Assembly (NCBI GenBank): GCA_964016885.1
Contig: OZ024740.1
Location: 335,606,001 to 335,670,000, forward strand
DNA from: Eledone cirrhosa
Lineage: Eukaryota
DNA length: 64,000 nucleotides
Reading direction: 5' to 3'
The notes under the pieces are model-generated. The model made no database searches. It was not told where the DNA came from and was given only the letters and a program-made list of their open reading frames with translations. A program made the translations under genes and the position numbers. The first letter of the stretch is position 1; each line of letters starts with the position of its first letter. This document shows, one piece after another, positions 15,158 through 27,855 of the stretch.

Positions 15158-15588
15158 GCACACATTTGAACATATACTTGGTTTCTGTAATCTAAGAACT
15201 ATTATTATCTATGTTATATGACGTCTTGATAACAACTGTCTTACAAGTAGTTGGAGCGGATCAGTAGACGGAGCGGATCGGTGGTTGATTTACTGAAAAT
15301 GAAGGTCAGGAAATGTAGATGAAATTTGAGATCATGTATAGGTGGTCATATTTCGTGGACTTGGGTTTGTTCTAGATGTATTTACGTTCAGTTTCGGATA
15401 ACTGACAGCCTTATTTACATTTATGTATGTTACAACTTGATACCATGTTGACTGAGATTCCTGTTGACAAGCCTCTGGCATAATTGCCCGCTAGTTTATT
15501 AGACTGTGTTTGCCCTTTATCGTGTTCGTGGATAATTTTAGATATGTTTACTTTCAGGTCGGAACAATTGACGCTCTCATTTACTACG

Positions 15589-15619
<31 letters not shown>

Positions 15620-15654
15620 CTGAATAAATCAAGTTTTTAAATCAAATCCATCTT

Positions 15655-15778
15655 TACTATGAACAATTGTTTCTATACATATGAGAGTTGTGTAAATAAG
15701 TGAAAACACAATGAACCAATCTATTACATTAATAATCCTTCATATAGTATTAATCTTCTCATGCATGTCATCGGGAGA
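15655..15778 (-). ncRNA. degenerate hammerhead-like motif next to (TA)n
   Basis: Minus strand: CCGATGA-catgcatgaga...tctcatatgtata-GAAAC-AATT-GTT. Stem III is palindromic and stem I is poor. Confidence 0.4.
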
Positions 15779-17818
15779 AGGAAAGAAAATGTTAATTTAT
15801 CACATCAAGTAGCAAGTATATAGTCAAACAAGGAAAAAACGCACACATCATAAACAAGCTTATGAATGGCAAATAGAACGAAGAAGTACCGTTAGGCTTG
15901 CGATGCGCATAGTCATATAGTTTTTTGGACAAGCGTAGTTACATGAATCTATATTGGCAGGTCCATGTTGCTAAAGATGGAGAGAGAGATAGTAAACAAC
16001 CGAAAATCAAACGGACCTCATCAGTATAAAGTCATTAAGCTCAGCATGAAGGCATACTAAAAGTAAGCTTACAGTTGTTAAATCGCGTTAATCACTCATA
16101 TTGAAGGGTCATCATTTTGGGATTGTGTAAAACATACAAAATATTGTCACCGACGAGCTAAGGACACTAAAAAGAATGATTTCCGGTGCTGCTACGATCA
16201 ATGAAAAAAAACATTGGATCTCTGTGGCATCCCTAGGCTCGTACTTTTTAAGAGATAACTTGTAATTTCATGTACGTCTAATACACATTTAAATACAAAA
16301 CTCATAAATGCATACATACATTTCTAAATAATTCTATTATCTACGCCAACCAGTATAAATCCCGTTCATTGATTATTGTTTAGTTAGGGGCGGGGGAGAA
16401 CAGACCCCATGGTGTTTTTCATAACCTCTGAGACTTGTGGGACAGAGGGAGGAATGTATAGTCAAGCCAGTGACCAAGCCATAAAGATTACAACAGATAT
16501 ATCTTTGATAAAGGTGACTCAACGTCAGGTGGTGGTGATAAACTAGGTGACGAATTAATTTTCCCACTCCAAGTAAGTTACAGCGTGATTTGAACTAAGG
16601 ACGCAAAGGGCTGGAATTGCTACACAACTACGTTGTGTCGGGTTCAATCCAACAGCGGGGCATGTTACGCTTGTAATTCGTGCTTCAGACTCGGATTGAC
16701 AGTATCTTTAAGAATGGAATTTGGTAACGGAAATGCTCATAAGAAGGACCTATAGATGTATGGTAGACTTACGTCGTTACGGCTTCATCAATCGATATAA
16801 CACCACCGACAGATATGTTGGTGAAATTATTAGAGCCTACATTGTTACAAGTACTGGAGCCAGTTCTATTGCGTCACTGAAGATTGGGTCGTTAGATTTA
16901 ATCCCATGAAATTTCTGCAATAAAGATTGCTGCTCTTTGTCCAAGAATCCATTTTACTACTTAGACCTAACTGAGATACACAACAAGAAACAGAAGAAAG
17001 TCATTTCCGAGTAAAGATATATAAAAACAAAATAAGAACCCAAGATGTCATATATTTCAATCAACCGCTTGTGCACATATTGTTATTGTTAATGTTGTTG
17101 GTGGTGGTGGTGGCGACTATGGTGGTGGTGCAGCTACTGTTGCTGGTGGGCGTCGTCGTGATGGTAGTGCTGGTGGTGTCGTTGTTATTAGTAAAGATGG
17201 TTCTGTGTATATATGTGTGTATCTGTGTGTCTGTTTATATAACGGGTGATTCTATCAAACTGTCTTTATTCACCATCAGCAAGAGAGTGTCTCCTTGAAC
17301 AATGACCTCAATATCACAACTGTCTCTAGCACAAATTGACAGCCATACTAAGAAGACATTAGCATTGCAAACAGTTATTCCGTTCAATCAATTTTATAGA
17401 CTAGTATCAAGAAATGCATACTTTCTATAAGTGGCACATAATGATGCATATGCTGTTCCGTAAAATTGCATACGTATACTAAAAACCACTATGCACCAAT
17501 TGCCGTCTCTTTTCATAACATTTCTTTCTTTATAGCTTCATTATGTTTTAATATACCTTGTCATAGCAATTGGAAAGACCAATGGAAACATTGATTCCTC
17601 GGTCCGATTTGACAAAAGTCGATCGGCTGTCGATACCTTCTCATTCTTCAGATCTTATTCATCGTCTATATAATATTGTTGTTGCAGTATGGAATGTATA
17701 TATATATATATTCCCACTCCTCGTATTCTTGAGACAAACCACTGATAGGTTGCCCATTTCTGGACTTCCTTTTGTTAATGTTTGTGTTTCAGTTTTTGCG
17801 GGGGTGTATATATATATA

Positions 17819-17917
17819 CAGGGTGTCCCCAAAAAGTATATACATACTCTGATTACCTATACAGGCAATAATTATTAGAATGCTGTTGAAGTGTGTATAC
17901 TTTTGGGGGACAACCTG
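17819..17917. mobile_element. Tc1/mariner-type MITE
   Basis: TA-CAGGGTGTCCCCAAAAAGTATA...TATACTTTTGGGGGACAACCTG-TA: about 30-bp TIRs with TA flanks. Confidence 0.8.
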
Positions 17918-19107
17918 TATATATGCAGTTATATATTTTCTCACAATCCATTCTCCATCTTTGTTTAACATTTCATTAAACTATTCATACGTAGATACGG
18001 AAACAAAATATAAAATGGTATTTTTTATTTGCTTTGCCATCTTCCCTTCCAGTTATATTTATATACATATACACAGAGGCATGGCTGTATGGTTAAGGAA
18101 CATGATTCCCGATCTTGCGGTTTTTGATTTAGCGCCACACATATACCTAGTGTTTATATAATTGTTAGATAATTGTTATCTTCATACACTGAAGCTCGAA
18201 GAAATTATTCTGGCTGAAATTAAGTAATTTTGTGATTTTTCAAGATTAATACTTTTTCCGTGGGAAAATGTCTACAGAAAGAATTTTTTGTATCTAGTAA
18301 GTAGGTGCTTTAAAAATTCCCCTCCAAATCATGTAGTATATTATTATTGCTTTTTCAAGAAACATATATACTGCAAGTTTTCATATTCGTGCTTTTTTGG
18401 AGGGTGGAGCGGGTGTACAAAATAAGTAGTCCTACTTATGAAGTCGGCTTTTAAATTGGTTTGCTTTCATATCCATAAGATCAATACCTTTCCTCTAAAT
18501 ATTTTATGCGATATTCGCCACATATATAAATTTTTCTTCAAGCAATTTCAACTGTCAGGTTAAACAATTTAGCGACAGCTGAATTTCGTATTTGCGATGT
18601 TTGGAAGTTTACATAAGCTTATTTTGGGGGAATTGGTATTAACCTTTTTCATACTTTTTTATCATTTTAATATAAGCTACACGAACGACGAAAACTAATT
18701 TGAACATGCTTACACATGGTTATGTCAGTTGTATCGATTCCAGTGAGGTATGATGCAAATCTGTTCTGAGTGCAAATCTGTGTGAAATGGTGTGTAATGT
18801 TAGCTGACATCACACTCCCTTTTCTGTCTTTTGAATAAGCGTTCTTAATTTCAAAATATCATGAAGTATAAGGTTAAAATGTAGACTGAGGTTTCTGTTT
18901 GTTTTTGTTGTTGTTTTTACTTTATTAAAGACTGTAACCTTTTATTTCAAGTTTTTGCATTGTACCGACTTTCCCAGACAATCGCGATACATAAAAAAAC
19001 ATAATTATGTTTTATAAGAAACAATTTTTTCAAAATAAGTAAATATGGAAACTTAAAAATGTCCTATGCATTGCGACTTTTGGGCCACCATATATATATA
19101 TATATTT

Positions 19108-20008
19108 ATATAATTGAATATACAAGAGAGATGAACACTAATATAAACATACATGTGTCCGAATTGTAAAGGACCAGGTTTGCTAGGGTGAAAAAATACT
19201 AACTACAGCAATATGGTTTGCCAGACTTAATTTAAAGTAGTAAATTAAGACAAATAATAACAAACCTATATTGGGCAACTGCCTGAAACCACCAACTACT
19301 TTAAATTAAGTCTGGCAAACCATATTGCTGTAGTTAGTACTTTTTCACCCTAGCAAACCTGGTCCTTTACAATTCGGACACATGTATGTTTATATTAGGG
19401 TTCATCTCTCTTGTATATTCAATTATATTACAAGGCTCAGAAAAACTTTTTTCTTAGAGCTATTTAATCGGAAGAGACTATTTTGAATTTCTAACTCATA
19501 TATTTTCCGGCTCCATCATGTTGAGCTAATTTTAATGTCGTGATAACCAGGCTGCTATTTATAGCGGCATAGGTTTTCGAGACAAACTAGGCTCCGAAGA
19601 CATGTGCGTTATTTCATATCGCACACAATTCAGTCTTATAATATTTTTAGAAGTGTTAGGATCGATAATTTCGTGACAGCTGCTGATGAGCAGAACAATG
19701 GTGATGACTTCGCTTAATATAACTTTGCGGAAACAGTTTCTATAACTGTCTAGGCGTTTTCAGGCAGTTGCCCAATATAGGTTTGTTATTATTATTCTTA
19801 ATTTACTACTTTAAATTAAGTCTGGCAAACCATATTGCTGTAGTTAGTATTTTTTCACCCTAGCAAACCTGGTCCTTTATAATTCGGACACATGTATGTT
19901 TATATTAGTGTTCATCTCTCTTGTATATTCAATTATATTACACTGCTCGGAAAAGCTTTTTTCTTAGAGCTATTTAATTGTAAGAGACTATTTTGAGATT
20001 CTAACTCA

Positions 20009-20009
<1 letters not shown>
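19108..20009 (+). mobile_element. non-coding HHR-bearing element: inverted 5' piece plus partial tandem of a ~510-nt unit, in (TA)n
   Basis: 19108-19288 is the reverse complement of ~19758-19937. 19296-19498 repeats at 19806-20008. HHR at 19683-19750. Confidence 0.8.
19678..19755 (+). ncRNA. hammerhead-like motif
   Basis: CTGATGA-GCAGA..TTTGC-G-GAAAC-AGTT(tctat)AACT-GTC. Stem III is strong with a GUC triplet. There is an extra G before GAAA and stem I is short. Confidence 0.6.
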
Positions 20010-20084
<75 letters not shown>

Positions 20085-20390
20085 TTATTTATTTATTAAA
20101 ATAACAGATTAAAGTTTAAGCAAAGAATCGCTGCTTTCACCCTTATATATATATATATATATATATATACTGAGTTAGAAACTGAAAATAGTCTCTTACA
20201 ATTAAATAGAGAGAGAGAGAGATATGGTAAATTATATATGTTTATGATACAAAAGTGTAAGGCATTCAGATATTTAAATCTAGGATGTGATATTTTTCAA
20301 TATCCAGATTAGCGAAAGGTAATGCAGAGATAACTCCAGTCAATAAAATCCCAGTCATCGTAGATTTGTAAAACACAAAAACTAGATAAG

Positions 20391-20630
20391 CAAGGTTTAA
20401 CAAATAATATATTATTTATTTGATTTACATATGTTTCATTCTTCTCCAAAGGATGTTATTTTCAATACCTTTGTAGAGAAATCATCGGAATCATTTATCT
20501 ATAACATATGAAATGTATTTATTTATTGATTCTGATGGTTTATCTACAAAGGTATTGAAAATAACATCCTTTGGAGAAGAATGAAACATATGTACATCAA
20601 ATAAATAATATATTAATTGTTAAAACTTGG
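20391..20630. mobile_element. inverted pair of HHR-containing pLTR-like units
   Basis: Arms 20391-20493 and 20527-20630 are reverse complements. Consensus tgatt-CTGATGA-stem II-GAAAC-ATAT-GTA-aatca. Confidence 0.75.
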
Positions 20631-20987
20631 TGATCTATCTTTTGCATTATATATCTATATAATGGTGGTGGTGGAACAACCTCTCCTGCTAACATGTTAT
20701 TTCGAAGATCTAACAGTGCTCGAGTTTAATCTTTTTATTAATAACGTTTTGCGAAAGTCATTCAGTACGAAGCACTAGTCAAGATTTTTTCCAATTCTTT
20801 CCTTTTTACCTACAAGTATCACCAACGACCTGAATTATTTATAAGTATATTGTGTTCTATTTTTCTTCTTATCTTCTGTATGTTTTTTTAGATATGTGCA
20901 ATGAAACACTAATACATATATGCACAGATATACATACAAGCACACAAACACACACACATATACACGCAAACATATATATATATATAT

Positions 20988-21063
<76 letters not shown>

Positions 21064-22003
21064 TATAATACAAACATACAATGTCGTGCGAATTTAGGAA
21101 AAGAACTATGAATGGATGGATGAATGGAATCAATGTACATTGTTATAATAACGGGTGTGATGTTATATTGTCTACGATATCTTTAGGCTAATACATCTCC
21201 AACTGATGAAACGAACCTCTTGGGAAATTGGCTTCTCTACTCGATATAATGAGAAATGCACTTTAAAACACAATGAGCACGTGTGTAGTGGATCTTGGAA
21301 CTATTCCACGTCCGGAGGGTAGTGCTGGGATTCTGTCTGTGTGTCACATCAGTAGGTATGACTGTAATATGTCTGTCTACATAATCTCAGTATAGGTGGT
21401 TACATATTGTGTGCAGCATAAGCTTGACAACAATCTGCCAGATATACAAACTTGAAACCAGATTTACAATTCCCGGCTGTAACAAATTTTCACTGCCTTT
21501 ATCTTGCTAATTCTTTTTCACTATAATCAATCTGTGAATACTGAAATAGTTCGATCTATTTAATTGTACGAAGGTATATATAATATGATATAGTGTATAT
21601 TTATGTATATATACACTATATGATATAGTGTATATATACACACACACACACATACATATATATATATATGTGTGTCTATATATTAAAACTACACACACAC
21701 ACACATACACACACACACTTTGTTGCAGTATCAGATACACAAACTATTTAGACTATTTAGAGATATGACTTTATTATTATTATTATTATTGAATGCTATG
21801 GTTGACGGAGGCTCGGCTCTGTAAGGTATTGTAAATTTTGACCGCTATAACAATTGTAAATTGTTTAAATCTTTAACCAAATTGTAGACAAAAACACCCT
21901 CCTCCTCGTGAGAGGGGCCTTTCTGTCCGTTATTAGGCCCTTCGGGGTTAAATAACCGCTTATTGGGGTTTTGTGCCCAATATTTATTTTAAAAAAAAGA
22001 AAC

Positions 22004-24103
22004 ATGGCTACGAAAAAGAATTTTCATAGGTCACTCCCACTCATTCCGTCTTCTTCTTCCTCAATCGTCACTACAGCAGAGAGAAGATTATCTCTCTCCC
22101 TCCCTTCTCTTTCGCAAGCGAAGCCAGAAAAGAAAAATCACGTGCAAAGCGTGCAAGATTTCTCGACGACGACGACGAAAAGGGTGTGCGGGAAATACGA
22201 AAACCCATTTCATTCGTCTGACGTCAGGAATAATAGCAGTAGCGGCCGTAATAACAGCAGCAGCAGCAACAGTGACAAGGAAAACAACGGTAGCAGCCGC
22301 AACAGCATCAGCAGCAGCATAAACAACAACAGCATTAGCAGCAGCAGCAACAGCAACAACAACAGCAGCAGCAGAAACAACAACAACAACCACAGCAACA
22401 GCGGCGGCGGCAGTAGTCGTAGTACCTGCAGCAACAACAAAAGTAACAGCAGCTCTGACGACAACAACAACAGCAGCAAAGAAAAACCAATCTCGTTTGC
22501 AGGTATCGCAAAGAACCTGGAAACCATCTTCATAACAAATGAGGAATTAGAGGAAGCGAAGAAGATGGTGACGAAAACCGGACACCGAGCAATCTGCAAG
22601 GTAGCCGAAAAGTTTTTCGAAACCCAACAGCACTGTACGGTCACGTACCGTACAGTAAGCACAAAATCCCGTAGGGTTGAAAGAGCCACAGAGGCTCAAA
22701 TGCAAAAAGCCTTAGGGTCTGTGTGGCAACGGAAAACGCACATCACCCGAGGCAAGAAATATGCCACCGTAGACGTGCTTTTTGCCACACCCCAGGAGGC
22801 AAAGGCTCAATCTCTAGTGACCGTAAGGAGCGAGGAAATAGTGTTGGTGCCTTCCTACTGCGGCCAAAAAATTGTGAGGGTCAAACTGACCCCCCCCCCC
22901 CCCCCCGGGATGGCCCCTTTTTGGCTGGCCGCGTCTGTCCTCGTCGGAATCGAAGACAAAACAACTGTACTGCAAGTACAGAAAAAAGTAAGAGAAGATT
23001 GGGTCGGCACCTCCATTGAGATGTTAATCCAAACCAACCAGGAGTGCATCGAAGCTATCCCGGATGTGATAGACTTCGATAACGGCACTCAACTGCCCAT
23101 AAGTGTTGAGGGCAAACGCCCGAAATGCTTTCGCTGTGGATCGAAGACTCACCTCAGGGCCTTCTGCAACGAGAAGACCCTGAGAAAGGAGAAAACCCCC
23201 CTCCTTCCGAAACCGGCTCCACGGCTACCAGCAACAGGACAAGCGGCAACCAGGAACGACAGGTCCGTGGCACCCATACCCACGCCACGGAAATCAAGAA
23301 CAGCATCAGCAGTGGAAGTATTAACAACAGCAATACCAAATGCAGCTGCAATAGAGACTCCACTGCAAACATCACCAACAACAACAAGTGAAAGAGTGGA
23401 GCTGGTACCCCTCCCCAACCTCACAGAATCAGACATGGAGTGTGAGGTGGGAGAGGGATGGCAAAAGGTCGTAAGAAGACACAAATGCAGAAGCAGCGCA
23501 TCGTCGCCTTCTAAAAGGGAGGAAAGAAATGAAAAAAGGGTAAAGGCTACTGCAAAGAGACTCACAGCAGCAACACCACCAACACCATCACCACCCACAC
23601 TAGCACCACCATCACCACCGGCGACAACCCCACCGCCAACAACAATAACACCTTCAACACCACCACCACAAGCACCAACATCGCAAACACAACAACAAAA
23701 CACACACACCCAGCAACAACGACAGGAAAATAGCAGAACCACACTCCACCCCCAGAAAAACAAATGCACGGCAATAAATACACACAAGAAACTAATGACT
23801 TACATAATTGAACACACAGGCATTTCACAGCACGACTACATAATACCAGCACCAATCAAAACGCCAACGAACATAAGACTGCTAAAAATAGCACAGAAAC
23901 AATACACAAACATTAAAACGAAATTCCCCAACGCAGTTAGTGATTTCAGAGACCTAGGAGGGACTCTCAACCGGAGATTATATTCGGACATACTCATAGA
24001 AGAGCCGACTACCAGACGAAGGGACCATTCAACGGTCCCTTCACCAGACGATCAAGTGAAAAGGGATGGAGAAACCATCCTTCCTCTACGAAAAGTACGG
24101 TAA
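22004..24103 (+). CDS. LINE ORF1 (gag-like, CX2CX4HX4C knuckle)
   Basis: Open ~699 aa from the ATG at 22004. CFRCGSKTHLRAFC, with S/N-rich and P/T-rich low-complexity tracts. Confidence 0.85.
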   Translation: MATKKNFHRSLPLIPSSSSSIVTTAERRLSLSLPSLSQAKPEKKNHVQSVQDFSTTTTKRVCGKYENPFHSSDVRNNSSSGRNNSSSSNSDKENNGSSRNSISSSINNNSISSSSNSNNNSSSRNNNNNHSNSGGGSSRSTCSNNKSNSSSDDNNNSSKEKPISFAGIAKNLETIFITNEELEEAKKMVTKTGHRAICKVAEKFFETQQHCTVTYRTVSTKSRRVERATEAQMQKALGSVWQRKTHITRGKKYATVDVLFATPQEAKAQSLVTVRSEEIVLVPSYCGQKIVRVKLTPPPPPGMAPFWLAASVLVGIEDKTTVLQVQKKVREDWVGTSIEMLIQTNQECIEAIPDVIDFDNGTQLPISVEGKRPKCFRCGSKTHLRAFCNEKTLRKEKTPLLPKPAPRLPATGQAATRNDRSVAPIPTPRKSRTASAVEVLTTAIPNAAAIETPLQTSPTTTSERVELVPLPNLTESDMECEVGEGWQKVVRRHKCRSSASSPSKREERNEKRVKATAKRLTAATPPTPSPPTLAPPSPPATTPPPTTITPSTPPPQAPTSQTQQQNTHTQQQRQENSRTTLHPQKNKCTAINTHKKLMTYIIEHTGISQHDYIIPAPIKTPTNIRLLKIAQKQYTNIKTKFPNAVSDFRDLGGTLNRRLYSDILIEEPTTRRRDHSTVPSPDDQVKRDGETILPLRKVR

Positions 24104-24137
24104 GTGGCCTTTCTCATCTTTTCCACTCCATTTCAAC

Positions 24138-27100
24138 ATGACCTCACTCAGAATAGGCAGCATAAATGCGCGTGGCTTGGGGTCGTCATGGAAGCAGGGT
24201 CACCTGCTCAACGACCTCAGGTCACTAAACATAGATGTAGTGGCCATCAGCGAGACCAGAATCTCCGAAGCACGGGCCTTCGCACCGATCTTCGGCGGCT
24301 ACGATATGTACGAATCTCCCAGCCGTCCTGGATCGGGGGAGGAGTTGCTGTGCTTTTTCGGAGAGGTTTGGATCTCGCCATACGGGCCAGCTTCCTGGAC
24401 CCAGAGGGTAAGTTGTTGGTGCTGGACGTGACCAGCGGAGACGGGCAAGCTTTCAGGCTAGTGGCCGTCTATGCCCCGACAGGAGCAGGGCGGCCTGATT
24501 CTTCCGGCGTCTGGAGACCTTTCTTGGAACGTCCCGCTCTTTAGTGTTAGTGGGCGACTGGAATGGGATCTTAGATGCACGCTGGGACTGTGTGGGATTA
24601 ACGGATAGGGGTGGAGGGTGCAAGAGCCTCACCAACCTGCTCAGGCGTTTTGAACTGTCTGACAGGTACCGATTGGATTTCCCGAATGTGCCAATGTGGA
24701 CTTCGACAAATCGCATAGGGTCATCCAGATCATATCTAGATAGAGTATTTTGTAGGGAAATAGATAGGTCTAGCATAGGCTGTCCACAATTCAAGATAGT
24801 CAGCTACACGGACCACAAATTCGTGATCTGTGTGCTTGACTTAGATAGGCTTCATAGACGAGGAACCGTCTACTGGAAGCTAAACGCGTCTTTACCAGCG
24901 CGCAAGGCCTACAGAGACCGGATTAGCGAACTAGTTAAGCGGGCGTTGACGGGGGCCATCGTCAAAAATAAGTGGTGGTTTGCTCTGAAAAGAGCGATTA
25001 GAATAGAATCCATTAGGTTTAGTAAGGCTTTAGCAATAGAGAAAAATAGAGCAGAGGGAGAACTAGTTAGAAAATTAGACGAGGCGCTTAGCAAAGGCAT
25101 CGCGACCGACGTGCTTGCGGCGAAATTGGCCCTTGACCAATTCTTCAATGCAAAGCACGAACGCTGCGTTGTCAGAGCTAGGGTGCGTGCTCTCAGACAC
25201 GAGGGGACGGAAGCCGTTCAATGGGCCTGAGTGGCGGAGGCGCGTCGTGGCAACAAAGCCACGATCCGGTCTTTGGTGGACCACGACGGGCGCATGCTAC
25301 TCGATACCGGGCAAATGTGTGAAGCTTTTCAGCGACACTTCGCTCAGCTGTTCGGGGGAAGAGGTGGGCCGGGTCGAGGGATGGACTTTAGTGTCTACCT
25401 CGACGGACTGCCGCGGCTCTCGGCCACTGAGGCGGACTGTTGCGAAAAGCCGATAACAGCCGTTGAAGTACGGGAGGCAATGACTGGCTGCACAAGGGGT
25501 AAATCGCCTGGTTTGGATGGTCTGCCCTATGAACTTTACGTACAGATGCAAGACTTGTTCGGAGGCTTCTTGGCGGATGTCTACTGCAACTGGTAACATA
25601 ACGGCAGAATTCCCAGTTCTGTGAGCCGAGGAGAGGTGGCACTGCTTAGAAAGCATCCGAACAAGGGGGATAACATAGATAATTTCAGGCCCATAACTCT
25701 GCTAAACACAGAGTTCAAGATTTTGGCCAAGGTGCTAGCAAAGAGGTTGGCGCTTGTCGTTGGTGGCCTGGTGGGAGAGGCGCAGACATGCGCCATTCCC
25801 GACAGATCCATCCACGACAACCTCCACCTCATGCGAAACATCGTAGAGAGAGTAGCTAGGGAACCTGGCACGGGTGGGTCCTTGATCAATTTAGATCAGT
25901 CGAAAGCTTTCGATAGGGTAGACCATCGTTACCTAGCGGCAGTCCTGAGGACGGCTGGCTTTGGGCCCGTCTTCAGAGGCTGCATCGCTGCCATGCACAG
26001 CGACATCTGCTCTGTGGTGAGAGTGAACGGTCACCTGTCGGAACCGTTCAACATCATGCGCTCGGTCCGCCAAGGATGTCCCCTCTCGTCCCTCTTGTAC
26101 GTATTGACTCTCGAGCCATTACTGCACAAACTGGAGACGTTGAGGGACATCCCGGGCGAACTAGGATACGGAAGATCCGTGTCAGCATATGCGGACGATG
26201 TCACCGTAGTGGTGTCGAACGCCAAACACATCGAGGCGATCGGCACTACACTAAGAGAATACGAAGCGGTGACAGGAGCAATGATCAACCAGGAAAAGTC
26301 AGTGGGCCTGCACCTCGGCACCTGGAGAGGCAGGTCCATGCCGTCCAAATCGTCGTCGGACGCTGGACGGACGGACCGGTTAAATTGCTAGACTTCTGGT
26401 TCGGTCCGGACCTCCAGACGGACAAAAACTGGGATGAGGTGACGAGCAGGGTGGCTTCTCTCACCCAGAAATTGGCGGAGAGGAAGCTATCCCTGAAAGG
26501 TCGAGCGGAGGTGGCTAACGCGTACATCGCGTCTGTCATCTGTTACCGCCTGACCGTCGTACCTTGTCCTAAGCCTCGCCTGACTGCGCTGGAGCGTTTG
26601 CTCTCACGGTTTTTGTGGACGGGACGCGCTCCGATGGTCAGGCGGTCCATCTGTTGTCAACACCCGCTACGTGGAGGGCTGGGCATGCCGTGGCTGATGA
26701 TGCGCAGGCACGCGCTCAGGCTACGACATCTCCACCTCTTCCTCGACGGTGATCAGGTGTGGTCGCCGTTTGCTAGACACGTATTTCCCCAGCTCGTTTC
26801 CTTGACGGAGCTGCAGTCCTGGGTCAAGCGAAGACCGAGAGGGAGCGCCTGGAGACTGGAATGTCTTCAGGCGCTCACAGCCCTCGACCAATCGGGCAAT
26901 GTGATCGGTGGAAACTCCACCTCGGCGTTCTATAGATGATTAGTGGAGGGGAAGAGCGACGGCGTACTTGGGGAAACTCTAGGCGTCGACGAAAATCAAC
27001 TAGCCAATCTCTTTGGAAGAACTTTCGTGCCAGGGCCTATGGACAACTTCCAGAAATCTCTGGCCTGGCAGTGCTACCGAGGAGCCTTGCCAGTTCAGGA

Positions 27101-27554
27101 TAAACTCTACAGGAATGGAGGTGCCGTCAGCCGGGCATGTCCGAGATGCGCGCAGGGCGACGAAACCGTCCTGCACGCACTCGTCCAGTGTCCGAAAATT
27201 GCTGACTTGTGGGTTTATGTCGAACACCTGCTGTCGCGTTTAGGACAGATCCGGCTATCATCTGAGTCCATCGTGAGGATTGCCCCGCCCTCCTCCTTTA
27301 GCCGGGAAAGGCAGGCAGTTTTTATCTGTCTGGTGGCCATGGCGAAAGAGATAGTATGGTGGACACGTTTGAAAGGGCTGAAGACGAGCACTTACCTCTT
27401 CGGTGATGCTCTGATTGACTTTTTCAAATTTCATTTGAAAAGGAAAATCAGAGTAGAGAGGGAAGTGCTCTCTTCCCAGCATTTTGTTGAAAGATGGGTG
27501 AGAGAAGCAAGAATGGCCCGAGTGAATGGGCCTACTCTGAGTATATATCTGTAA
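24138..27554 (+). pseudogene. LINE ORF2 (APE endonuclease, RT, C-terminal CCHC), disrupted
   Basis: INARGL, SET, LVGDWN, SYLDRVF, TDH; KSPGLDG, FRPITLLN, QSKAFDRV, RQGCPLS, YADD; CPRC..ETVLHALVQC. Several frameshifts and stops. Confidence 0.92.
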
Positions 27555-27855
27555 ATTAAAGGTGGAAAACTGGGAGAGGGCACTTGCCTTGGTGGTCAGG
27601 GTCATTGTGGCTTTTTACTGGGCTTTCTCCACAAATGTCCCTCCGAAGTCTCCCCCCTATTGGGGAATTTTTCATTGTTATTTTCTGTTACATCCTCTGT
27701 TTTTGTTTTTTTACACGCAGAAATGCCCATTTGTACCGTCCTGCATTGTCCTGCACTGTCCTTAATGTCTACTTTATGTAAACCCTTGTGGTTAATAAAG
27801 AAATCATTATTATTATTATTATTATTATTATTGGAATGTCATTATTATTATTATT

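Larger units (their letters stand above)
21791..27805 (+). mobile_element. apparently full-length Tx1/L1-clade LINE (copy A) bounded by (ATT)n
   Basis: ORF1 with a zinc knuckle, ORF2 APE-RT-CCHC, AATAAA near the 3' end. (ATT)n at 21771-21790 and 27806-27832. Confidence 0.92.

Noticed and set aside
14827-15165. His-rich or Thr-rich ORFs
   Set aside because: Products of (GGT)n and (TA)n repeats with no domain evidence.
16773-16914. Minus-strand exon with a good acceptor and a gtaagt donor
   Set aside because: All three frames contain stops, so a coding call is unsupported.
21200-21260. CTGATGA hammerhead candidate
   Set aside because: No convincing stem II, stem III or stem I pairing around a downstream GAAA.
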